64,000 nucleotides of DNA, taken from the IMG/VR virus record IMGVR_UViG_3300030098_006058, positions 1 through 64,000 of that record. The stretch is one strand, 5' to 3'. Positions 37,016-46,303 of the stretch are shown here, piece after piece. Position 1 is the first letter of the stretch, and the number at the start of each line of letters is the position of its first letter. The notes under the pieces are model-generated. The model was not told the DNA's origin and made no database searches. It worked only from the letters and a program-made list of their open reading frames with translations. The stretch comes from a virus. The translations under genes and the position numbers were made by a program.

Positions 37016-37699
37016 ATGGGTCTTTTAGAAAAATGGAAAAATAGATTTGCTCCCGGTGGAGGAGATCGTATTGTAAGAACCAAAACAACCTATGGACAAA
37101 ATTTAGATCGTTCAGTAGATATGAATGGATTAATTACTGATATTGAAGATAATTTTGGTTCAGCTGCAAATGTAAGTTCAAATGAAACTAATATTGCTAC
37201 TAATACAGCGAGTATTACTACTATTAATTCTTTGAATCCAAATAGTGCAAAAATAAATGTTACAGCAATAGGAGCAAAATCAGCTATGAATGCTCAGAAT
37301 CTACATTTGATTGGAAATGTTATAACAATAGTACCTAGTCCAGGTGCGGGTAAAGCTATAGTACCTATAGCTTTAACTATAACATGTAAAGGAGGTTTGA
37401 TAACAGAAAGTTCTAATAAAAGTTTAGTTTTTGGTTATGATTTTGTATTAACAGGCGGTCAAATGGGATTTTCAAGAGTTATGGGAACTGTGGCGAGTGG
37501 TAGATTTCAAACTTTAATGACTTCTCCATCTGCAGCGTCAGGAAATTGGATTCCTAAAACAGATGCAACCGATTCTCCAGAAGATAAACCACTTATCATG
37601 TGGGCAAGTGGAGCTCTTAATGGTAATTGGACTATAGAAGGTGGACTAGTATTTTGGTATGAGGCTACTTGTACTGATGCGGGTGTTTGGTCTGTTTAG
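37016..37699 (+). CDS. Putative fibre/spike protein
   Basis: Trimeric-coil-like segment NETNIATNTASITTIN followed by a beta domain. Confidence 0.6.
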   Translation: MGLLEKWKNRFAPGGGDRIVRTKTTYGQNLDRSVDMNGLITDIEDNFGSAANVSSNETNIATNTASITTINSLNPNSAKINVTAIGAKSAMNAQNLHLIGNVITIVPSPGAGKAIVPIALTITCKGGLITESSNKSLVFGYDFVLTGGQMGFSRVMGTVASGRFQTLMTSPSAASGNWIPKTDATDSPEDKPLIMWASGALNGNWTIEGGLVFWYEATCTDAGVWSV

Positions 37700-37720
37700 T
37701 ATTAACTTTATAAAATAAGT

Positions 37721-38854
37721 ATGGTATTACAATATACAATACAGGGACAACTGGTAGGTCGGTACCAAGATGTTTCCGAAGCTTCAAATAAAACCGATAT
37801 AGATAATGGAAGTATACATAAAGTACTTCGAAGAGAAAGAACCACAGCGGGTGGTTTTATATGGAAGTTAGAAGATGAAGTGAGTGAGAACATTAGTTCG
37901 AATGAACTTAAAGATGCGATAAATGCGCAGGGATTAAGTGAAGATGAAGTTAAGTCAGTTAAGATCTGGCAAACTATGAGCGGTGAGACTAGATATTCTA
38001 TAGTAACTAAAGAAGGTAGTCAAGCAGCTCAGAAATTTAAAGATGAGTTCTTTGAAAAATTGAAAACAATATCTCCCGCTCCAAAAGCGAGGAAATATAC
38101 TGCATTGGATACAAATCCAATAGTATATGAGATTTCTTTACCTGATATACATTATGGTAAAGAAACTGATGAAGATGTAAAAACAGCAGAAGATCATTTT
38201 ATGGATTCTGTTAAAGAATTACATGGGAGAGCATCAGGATTAAGTATTGAAAGGTTTCTATTACCAATAGGAAATGACGGTATGAATTCTGAAGGAATGA
38301 GAAAGACTACAACTAAAGGAACACCTCAAAATGATTCTATAGATTGGCAAAAATCTTTCATAGGGTATACTAAATTAATAATTAATGCGGCTAATTATTT
38401 AGCTGAGTATGCTCCGGTAGATATTGTTATAGTACAAGGAAATCATGATTTTGAACGTATGTTTTATGCAGGTGAAGTTTTATCTGCATGGTTTAAAAAT
38501 GATCATGATGTAACAGTAGATAATGGATTAGATAGTAGAAAGTACTATGAGTATGGAGTAAATATGATTATGTTTACCCATGGCGATAAAGAAAAAGCAG
38601 CTGAGATGCCACTTATAATGGCAACTGAGCAGCCTGTAATGTTCTCAAGAACTAAATTTAGAGAGGTTCATTGTGGACATTTACATAAAGAAATGGTGAA
38701 TGAATATAGAGGAATTAAAGTAAGATTTATTCCTTCTATTTGCGCGAATGATTCATGGCACAAATTAATGGGCTATCAATCTTTAAGATGCGCGCAAGCA
38801 TATATATGGAATAAGGAAAAGGGGTGTGAAGGTTATTTACAAGTAAATATATAA
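37721..38854 (+). CDS. NUMOD1-like HTH fused to calcineurin-like metallophosphoesterase
   Basis: VLQYT..G..VGRY..VSEA...I..VL...RTTAGGFIWK; then PDIH, GND, GNHD, THGD and GHLH. Confidence 0.85.
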   Translation: MVLQYTIQGQLVGRYQDVSEASNKTDIDNGSIHKVLRRERTTAGGFIWKLEDEVSENISSNELKDAINAQGLSEDEVKSVKIWQTMSGETRYSIVTKEGSQAAQKFKDEFFEKLKTISPAPKARKYTALDTNPIVYEISLPDIHYGKETDEDVKTAEDHFMDSVKELHGRASGLSIERFLLPIGNDGMNSEGMRKTTTKGTPQNDSIDWQKSFIGYTKLIINAANYLAEYAPVDIVIVQGNHDFERMFYAGEVLSAWFKNDHDVTVDNGLDSRKYYEYGVNMIMFTHGDKEKAAEMPLIMATEQPVMFSRTKFREVHCGHLHKEMVNEYRGIKVRFIPSICANDSWHKLMGYQSLRCAQAYIWNKEKGCEGYLQVNI

Positions 38855-38857
38855 TTA

Positions 38858-39595
38858 ATGGCAGTAACTTTAAATAAATTAGTTTATGATATAAAGAATA
38901 TAGGATACGGGGGTGTATCATCTGACGACGCCAAGATTAGTGATAAGCAGATAGCTTATTGGGTAATGATTGAGCGGTCTATGTTACTTTCTCAAGTTAT
39001 GGGAAAGAAGCTCCGAGTTCCTGCTTCTTGTATCGAAACTCTTGAAAGTGTTTATTTAGAAGTTGTTGATGCTGCTGAAGCTTGTGAAGTTGATTTAGGG
39101 GTTCATGTACTTAAATCCGTAAAGCCTATACCCAGAACAGTTCAGAGGAATCACTTGGATAGTATTTTGGCTGTTGAGTCTTTAGATGGTGAAAGAGCTT
39201 TTTCTGAAACTACTACGTTTCGAAGAAAGTGGAATAAGTATAATAAGTATACCAGTTCTAAAAATCGTTGGTATATAAAAGATAGTCATCTTTATGTAAG
39301 TTGTGATTTATTGATTGAAGCAGTGAAAGTCACCGGTGTATTTGAAGACGCTGAAGAAGTTTGGTTACATAATAGATGCGATGAAGATTATGCTGCATCT
39401 GGAGAAGCCCCCACTGGCAAGTCCTGTGAATATGATTGGGACACCCCATTTCCGATTTCTATGTCTGTAGCAGACCAGGTTACAGATCTTGTATTGAAAA
39501 AAAGATTACAAGCAACATTAGCATTACCTAATGATGAAACCAATAACGCTAAAGGAGATGGAGAACAAAATGTGCAAGCAGCAGCTCAAAAATAG
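38858..39595 (+). CDS. Ring (tail tubular-like) protein
   Basis: TLNKLVYDI...SDD..ISDKQIAYW, GVFED and a P.D..NN C-terminus, typical of crAss ring proteins. Confidence 0.75.
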   Translation: MAVTLNKLVYDIKNIGYGGVSSDDAKISDKQIAYWVMIERSMLLSQVMGKKLRVPASCIETLESVYLEVVDAAEACEVDLGVHVLKSVKPIPRTVQRNHLDSILAVESLDGERAFSETTTFRRKWNKYNKYTSSKNRWYIKDSHLYVSCDLLIEAVKVTGVFEDAEEVWLHNRCDEDYAASGEAPTGKSCEYDWDTPFPISMSVADQVTDLVLKKRLQATLALPNDETNNAKGDGEQNVQAAAQK

Positions 39596-40010
39596 CTGCA
39601 CTTTAACTCAGGCTTATAAATCATATGATGATTATTATAAGGTTGGTTATAAAACATATAGAAATATATGTGAAGATTTTAATAAGAAAATTATGGATGA
39701 TATTCTATTAAAGTCAAAAGAATTTAAGATGCCATTTAGATTAGGCTCTTTAAGGATAAAAAAGAAAAAAATGAATTTCTCTAATAAGCTGAGAAACAAA
39801 TTAAAAATTGATTGGAAAGCTACGAGAGAAAATAATAAGGTTATATATCATCTCAATGATCATACAAATGGTTATAATTATAGATGGTATTGGGAAAAAA
39901 GAAATGCTATAATTAAAAATAAAAGTATATATAGCTTTCAAGCTACTCGTACAAATAAAAGACGATTAGCTACATTATTAAAGAATAATGAAATAGACTA
40001 TTTTGAATGA
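39531..40010 (+). CDS. IHF-like crAss conserved protein (likely start 39570)
   Basis: FKMPFRLGSLRIKK, IDWKAT, YHLNDHTNGY.YRWYW. Confidence 0.75.
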   Translation: MMKPITLKEMENKMCKQQLKNSCTLTQAYKSYDDYYKVGYKTYRNICEDFNKKIMDDILLKSKEFKMPFRLGSLRIKKKKMNFSNKLRNKLKIDWKATRENNKVIYHLNDHTNGYNYRWYWEKRNAIIKNKSIYSFQATRTNKRRLATLLKNNEIDYFE

Positions 40011-40762
40011 TTTATAAATATGTATCAGTATATGAAATAATAGAAGGAGTATATAGAGATTCAGGTATTAAAGAAGAACTTGATATTTGGGACGTAATTG
40101 AATGGGCCGGAGAAGCTTTAGAGTTAATTGGTGCTGGGATGACCTATGTAGAATTAATTGGAGAGATTTGTGTCCATGAACATCGAGCACAATTACCATG
40201 TAATTTTCACAGCTTAGAACAAATTTCATATAAAGGTATACCTTTACCATTATGCAGTGGTACATTTGGTGCTATTTCAACTACACCTACAAATACAACA
40301 ACAAATTATATTGATGGGGAAGAAGTTAATGAAAATAACTTTCCTATGACAGATACGATGACTGGGAGTCGTGGAAATTGTTATTATATAAATGATAATT
40401 TTGTAGTTACATCTTTTGAAGAGGGTTGTATTTTAATGACTTTTAAAGGTATAAATGTTGATAAGGAAGGGTATCCTATGATGCCAGATCATATCAGTTA
40501 TAAGAAAGCTGTTAAATCATATATACAAACAATGATAGATCGTATGTGGTGGAGAAAAGGGTCATTACCGGAAGCTGTTTATAGAGATAGTCAAAGAGAT
40601 TGGGAATGGTATGTTAAACAAGCACGTGGTGCGGTAGCTATGCCAAATCTTGATGCTATGGAGAATATTAAGAATCAATGGGTTAAATTGAAACCTAACA
40701 TGAATTCTCATCAAACTTTCTTTACTGATTTAGCAAGTCCAGAACGAAGGAAACTTAAATAA
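40007..40762 (+). CDS. Ring (tail tubular-like) protein
   Basis: VIEWAGEALELIG, LPCNF and DKEGYPMMPD motifs; directly before the muzzle gene. Confidence 0.75.
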   Translation: MIYKYVSVYEIIEGVYRDSGIKEELDIWDVIEWAGEALELIGAGMTYVELIGEICVHEHRAQLPCNFHSLEQISYKGIPLPLCSGTFGAISTTPTNTTTNYIDGEEVNENNFPMTDTMTGSRGNCYYINDNFVVTSFEEGCILMTFKGINVDKEGYPMMPDHISYKKAVKSYIQTMIDRMWWRKGSLPEAVYRDSQRDWEWYVKQARGAVAMPNLDAMENIKNQWVKLKPNMNSHQTFFTDLASPERRKLK

Positions 40763-43700
40763 TGGCAAAAAAAGATTCAAATATTATAGTTAATACCTTT
40801 ACTAAAGGTATAAATAAAGATGCAGCTAAATATATTTTACCTCCTGATACTTATTATGATGCGCAAAATGTAAGAATAACCGCTCATGAAGGTAGAGAAG
40901 GAATGTCCTTAGTTAATGTTGAAGGTAATGACTTTTTAATTAAGATTCCATGTTCTACAGTTGCATGGAAAATTAAAATGTTCGAGCAGATTTATTATGA
41001 TGAAACTTTTTGGCCTAATCAAGTTTGGGGACCTCTTACATTTAATATTACATATAATGGTCAGACTTATTCACATATTTTACCAGGTGGTACAGGTGGT
41101 AATATAGTTGCTCAACTTTATGAGGAAGTAAGATTTTCAAATCAATGGTTATATCCTGATGGTTCTACAAATACATTCCCCTCTGAAATAAATATTAATT
41201 ATGATAATAGTAATTATGAATTAACATTTTGGTCAAATGTTATAACTAATCAAGTTTTAAACATCGCATTAGTAGATAATGTTGGAAATCCTGTAGGTTG
41301 GACACAGCAAACAGCATTAGGTAATAGTTGGTGTGACTTAGAAGTAATTGGTTATACTACTATTAGAGATGATATTTATATTTTTACAACTTCTGATGAA
41401 TCAGAAGAAGGAGGAAATGGACAAGTATGGAGATTACAATATGATCATTCTAGTAATGTTGCAGCATTAACTTGTATGATTAATAGAGATGATATAAAAT
41501 TTACTAAACGTCATCCTATTCAAGCTATTGGTAGATATGAAAATAGAAAGACGCAAACTATATATTGGACAGATAATTTTAATCCACCAAGAAAATTAAA
41601 TGTAGCAGATGATTTAGTTTCTATGGTAGTTCCTACTAGATTTTTAGATTTAGCACCACGTACTTCATTTCAAATACCTGTTTTAGTTAATATTGCTACT
41701 GGAGGATCACTACCTGCAGGAAATTATCAAGCAGCATATAGATATAAAAGTGCTGAAGGAGCAGTCACAGAATGGTCACCTTTAAGTAATCCAGTTAGTA
41801 TTTATGGTGATTCAGAAACAGATCCTTTTTGTGATATTGAGGGAGATTTAATACAAGATGATGCAAATACAGATCCAGGAAATGAAGGTAATGGAGAAAT
41901 TACTAATAAAAAATTAGTTTGGGATCTTCAAAATCTAGATGTTGATTATGATATTATTGAATTTGCAGCTATATATAGAACTATATATAGAGATGAAAGT
42001 GATAATGTTGATTATTCTAAAGCCTATATTTTCCTAGAACAAGAGAATAATAATTCAACAATTCAATTTGAACATACAGGATCTGAACAGAAAATATTAA
42101 CTACTATTTCTCAAATAAGAGAAGGGATTGGAGCTACTTTTGAGAGAGTAAAAACTATTTCAAGTAAAGATAATAAATTATTTCTAGGAAATATTGTTAA
42201 TACAAGTTTTTTAGTAGACTACGATGCTAGAGCTTATAGATTTATTAATGATGGTGGTTTAAATCCAACAGCTTTATTAAACTCACAAACAGATCTTCCT
42301 GTTATTATTAATGGAAATACTCCATTTGCTCCTGGACCTGGTCAAACTGCTATTGATGCAGTAGTAGAAAATCATGATTGTATATGTCCTTATAATGATG
42401 AAAATCCAGATACAAATCCAGATTGGTATACAAATGACCAATATAAATACCAATCAAATGGTACTATTCTAGGTGGTACAGGTCCTAATGTTAGTTATAG
42501 ATTTATAACAGAAACAATGGTAGGTGATCGAGCAGTTCCTCAAGCGGGTCAAGTAGGGAATGGTGATGTAATGGGATTCAATGGTTGGGGATATAACTTT
42601 GGATTTTGGAATTTTGATTTCGGATGTGGACGTTATAGACCTTGGCCTTTTGATGGATCGTGCTTAGTAGGTGAACCACCTGTAACTAATAATAATATAG
42701 TTAACTTATTTGGAGGAGTAGGTGTTCAAAATTATCCTATGAATGGTACTATAGATAATTTTAAAAGTTCTTATAAGCATAGTTTATATCAAGGTTATGC
42801 TAGAGGAGAAGTATATAGATTTGGTATAGTTTTTTATAATAATAAAGGACAATCAAGTTTTGTTAATTGGATTGGTGATATAAAATTTCCATTTGAATAT
42901 GATCGAGATCTAAATGTGTGGCCAGATTGGAGAGGTGCTCAATTTTCTATTTTTTATTGGAATGCTGATGCTGGAACTCCTGATCTGTTAGCTGGACAAC
43001 CTTTTAACTATTCTGGAAATATGGAAACTCGGAGTTTAGGTATTGAATTTACAGTTAATCTTGGAGGCTTAGATATAGCTGGTCAGGGTATTACAGGTTA
43101 TTCTATAGTTAGAGTAAATAGGGATATGGAAAGAGATGCATCTAGATTAGGACAAGCTTTAGCTGGCCAGGTGTGTAGAGCAAAAGTGAGAGGAAATGTA
43201 GGTGGATGTGCTCAAAATAATGAAATTCATGCATTTCCTACTCAACGAGATAATTTAATTCCTATACCTTGTTCACAAAATTGGCAAGGAAATAGTGGGT
43301 GTTGGGAAAATTCTTTAATGTCGATAGATACTGGTCAAGATGATAATAACGTTAATATTAGTGGATTAGGACCACCAAATCCAAATAGTGCAAGACCTTT
43401 ATTTCCGTGGGGACATTCGTATCATGCTGGAGTTAGAATATATTTTACTGAACAACAAACTATGTTGTTATATGGCCCAATAAATTGGGTTAATAGTAGT
43501 ACAAGTGAACAGTTTAATACTGATAAAAAAACTATATTTCAAAAAGGAGATTATGTAAAAATATCTTCTGTTTTACAACCATTACCAAATGAGGATTATG
43601 GAAATTTACCTGTTACTTTTTTTGAAAACCAGTTAGGAAGTCAATGTAATACGAATGCACCTACAGGTATGTGGTATAAATATTACTATCCTGTAAGTAT

Positions 43701-46248
43701 TGGAGCAGGTACAGGGTGGAATCCAACTATGACTTATTGGGGAGGAACGCCTATAGGAGTTTTTTCTCAAAATCCTGCCAATCTTAAAATAGAGCTTGAA
43801 TATTCAGCATGGGTAGGAGATGGTCAAACATTATCTCAAAATTCAGATAGTTCTATGAAGGGACATTTTTGTAATGTAACTAATTTTAGCCATCTTATGC
43901 ATACTAATTGTCAGTGTGAAAGTTGTGGACCTGGTATCAATACAGCATATAATTATAATACTAGTATGAATCTCTGTTCATCAGGATCTGTAGGATTAAG
44001 ACCTAGATCTATTGGTAGTGAGTGTACTTTTGTTACTACAAAAAATAGAATACCTTGGCCAGATATGGGTATGGGACAAGGTACTTGGAATCAACCTGGT
44101 GGTTTATCAGATGTAGGAGCAACTAATCCTGAAGAATTTTCCGCAGGAACATATACAAGATGTATAGTAAATTATGAGAGATATTCTACTCCTTATGGAG
44201 GACCTACTTTTTCAGATCGTACTCGATCTGTATATCAACTATGTAATCATTATAGACCTATAACAGTTGCTAGTAATAATCAAATAAATGAAGTTTATGG
44301 TGGAGATGTAATTGTTACATTATTCGATTATACTCAATATGATAAAAATTGGGGACAGGCTCCACCATGGTTAGCACGTGCAGGTGTAATAGCTGCAGGT
44401 TTACAAGGTGAAGAAGAAGATGGTGGTGGTAATTGTAATTCTGCTTGTACAATGACTGAAGATGAATTATCGGATTCTGAATGGGGAATAGTAGTAGGCT
44501 GTGTAGCTCCTTTAGAAATACATACTGCTAATCCTGAAATGAGACATGGATACCATTTTGCTTCTAAGGGAGGGTCAGCACCATCTGTATATCCTGATAA
44601 TGGTACTAGTCTACATGATGAATATAGATATATGTCAGGGTATAATGCTCCTAATGATATTAGAAAATTTATTCCTGTTCCTTTTAATGTTAATCTAAAC
44701 GAAGAGTTTGATACTAGAATCTATTATTCTAATACAAAAGTGAATGGCGAAACAGCTGATTCTTGGGGAACCTTTAAAGTAGGAAATTTTAAAGATGTAG
44801 AAGGAATATACGGTCCTTTAAATAATTTATTAGTTTTTGGAAATAGAATGATGTTTTGGCAAGATAAAGGTTTTGGAATTTTAAATGTAAATCCAAATGC
44901 TATTGTTCAAGCAGCTGATGGTTTAGAATTACAATTAGGAACTGTATCTAGTGGCACTGGTGCATTTATTCAATCTTATGAATATGCATCAACAAAATTT
45001 GGCGCTAAACAACAATGGGCTATAACTAAAAGTGATTATAATGTATTCTTTTTTGATATATTAAAAAAGAAATTCTTTGCTTATGGTGGTGATGGTAATA
45101 AACCATTATCAGATGTTACAGGTATGGCTACTTGGTTTGAAGACGCTTTACAAGGAGATATACTAAAGAAAGATAATCCTATCATGGGTGAGGGTATTAC
45201 AGCAACTTATGATAATAGACATAGTGAAGCTATCTTTACTTTTCATGATAGAGGATTACCTAATACATTTGAGGTACAATATCTTAATGGAGAATTAGTA
45301 GGAAGCCATTCTGATTTAATGGTTGGAGCACTAAGACCTTTAGATAATTGTAATGATTGTTTAAATTTTGAATGTGGTTTTCATAGTTTCATGAATCCTT
45401 TAGTTATTGAACAGTTAGAATATAATGGACAAACATATGGCCCAATATTTATAGTAGTAAAAATAGGGTGTCCTGGAAATCCTGCAGTTGATCCTTATGA
45501 GATAGGTGATCTTATGTTTTTTAGTAATGATCTAGAATTTTTAAATCTTAGCGGAGGAGAAGTTTTTGAAATGTTATGTAATAGCGCTTCGAAAAGTTTT
45601 ACATTATCTTATAATGAATTTATAAAAGGTTTTACTTCTTTTTACGACTTTCATCCTTCTATATATATTAATGATGGAAAAAGAATTATAAGTCCTAATT
45701 GTCAAAATTCATGTTATACAGGAGATGATTCTTTTTATAGGGATAAATTATATATGCATGATATAGGTAATTATGGACAATTTTATGAATATATAGTACC
45801 ATCTTCAATAGCAGTAGTAACAAATGTAGCATCAGTTTCAACTAAAGTATTTGATAATATTTCTTTTCATATGGAATCATTACAAGTAGAAAATGAACCT
45901 TTAAATGAAGATTATGATGTTCAAAACGATGTATTTGATAAAGTTAGATTTATGACAGATTATCAAACATCAGGATGGGTAAACTTAATTCCAGGAAATA
46001 ATATAAAGAAAAAAGAACGAGAATGGCAAGCACCTGTTTTTCGTAATGTAATGTCAGATACTCCTGCTAATAATGATCTTTATGATGTATCTAATTATGA
46101 TTTAGATAGACAATTTAAAGATAGATTAAGAGATAAGTATTTAATGACAGAATTAGTATATAATAATTTTAATAGTTTAGGTCAGCCTAAAAACATTAAA
46201 ATAATAATGGATTACTTTAGAGCTTACTTTAGAGGATCTTTTAGGTAA
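40762..46248 (+). CDS. Tail stabilization/muzzle protein (1828 aa)
   Basis: NTFTKGINKD, YWTDNFNPPRKLN, GEVYRFGIVFY, YSNTKVNGETADSW, KKEREW and RLRDKY motifs. Confidence 0.88.
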   Translation: MAKKDSNIIVNTFTKGINKDAAKYILPPDTYYDAQNVRITAHEGREGMSLVNVEGNDFLIKIPCSTVAWKIKMFEQIYYDETFWPNQVWGPLTFNITYNGQTYSHILPGGTGGNIVAQLYEEVRFSNQWLYPDGSTNTFPSEININYDNSNYELTFWSNVITNQVLNIALVDNVGNPVGWTQQTALGNSWCDLEVIGYTTIRDDIYIFTTSDESEEGGNGQVWRLQYDHSSNVAALTCMINRDDIKFTKRHPIQAIGRYENRKTQTIYWTDNFNPPRKLNVADDLVSMVVPTRFLDLAPRTSFQIPVLVNIATGGSLPAGNYQAAYRYKSAEGAVTEWSPLSNPVSIYGDSETDPFCDIEGDLIQDDANTDPGNEGNGEITNKKLVWDLQNLDVDYDIIEFAAIYRTIYRDESDNVDYSKAYIFLEQENNNSTIQFEHTGSEQKILTTISQIREGIGATFERVKTISSKDNKLFLGNIVNTSFLVDYDARAYRFINDGGLNPTALLNSQTDLPVIINGNTPFAPGPGQTAIDAVVENHDCICPYNDENPDTNPDWYTNDQYKYQSNGTILGGTGPNVSYRFITETMVGDRAVPQAGQVGNGDVMGFNGWGYNFGFWNFDFGCGRYRPWPFDGSCLVGEPPVTNNNIVNLFGGVGVQNYPMNGTIDNFKSSYKHSLYQGYARGEVYRFGIVFYNNKGQSSFVNWIGDIKFPFEYDRDLNVWPDWRGAQFSIFYWNADAGTPDLLAGQPFNYSGNMETRSLGIEFTVNLGGLDIAGQGITGYSIVRVNRDMERDASRLGQALAGQVCRAKVRGNVGGCAQNNEIHAFPTQRDNLIPIPCSQNWQGNSGCWENSLMSIDTGQDDNNVNISGLGPPNPNSARPLFPWGHSYHAGVRIYFTEQQTMLLYGPINWVNSSTSEQFNTDKKTIFQKGDYVKISSVLQPLPNEDYGNLPVTFFENQLGSQCNTNAPTGMWYKYYYPVSIGAGTGWNPTMTYWGGTPIGVFSQNPANLKIELEYSAWVGDGQTLSQNSDSSMKGHFCNVTNFSHLMHTNCQCESCGPGINTAYNYNTSMNLCSSGSVGLRPRSIGSECTFVTTKNRIPWPDMGMGQGTWNQPGGLSDVGATNPEEFSAGTYTRCIVNYERYSTPYGGPTFSDRTRSVYQLCNHYRPITVASNNQINEVYGGDVIVTLFDYTQYDKNWGQAPPWLARAGVIAAGLQGEEEDGGGNCNSACTMTEDELSDSEWGIVVGCVAPLEIHTANPEMRHGYHFASKGGSAPSVYPDNGTSLHDEYRYMSGYNAPNDIRKFIPVPFNVNLNEEFDTRIYYSNTKVNGETADSWGTFKVGNFKDVEGIYGPLNNLLVFGNRMMFWQDKGFGILNVNPNAIVQAADGLELQLGTVSSGTGAFIQSYEYASTKFGAKQQWAITKSDYNVFFFDILKKKFFAYGGDGNKPLSDVTGMATWFEDALQGDILKKDNPIMGEGITATYDNRHSEAIFTFHDRGLPNTFEVQYLNGELVGSHSDLMVGALRPLDNCNDCLNFECGFHSFMNPLVIEQLEYNGQTYGPIFIVVKIGCPGNPAVDPYEIGDLMFFSNDLEFLNLSGGEVFEMLCNSASKSFTLSYNEFIKGFTSFYDFHPSIYINDGKRIISPNCQNSCYTGDDSFYRDKLYMHDIGNYGQFYEYIVPSSIAVVTNVASVSTKVFDNISFHMESLQVENEPLNEDYDVQNDVFDKVRFMTDYQTSGWVNLIPGNNIKKKEREWQAPVFRNVMSDTPANNDLYDVSNYDLDRQFKDRLRDKYLMTELVYNNFNSLGQPKNIKIIMDYFRAYFRGSFR

Positions 46249-46251
46249 AAA

Positions 46252-46282
46252 TTTGGAAAATCAATAAAAATTATTATTTTTG
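46252..46282 (+). promoter_or_regulatory. Bacteroidota sigma70-type promoter upstream of the cargo/vRNAP block
   Basis: TTTG at 46252-46255 and TATTTTTG at 46275-46282. Confidence 0.7.
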
Positions 46283-46303
46283 TAAATTGGTAAAGTATAG
46301 TTA

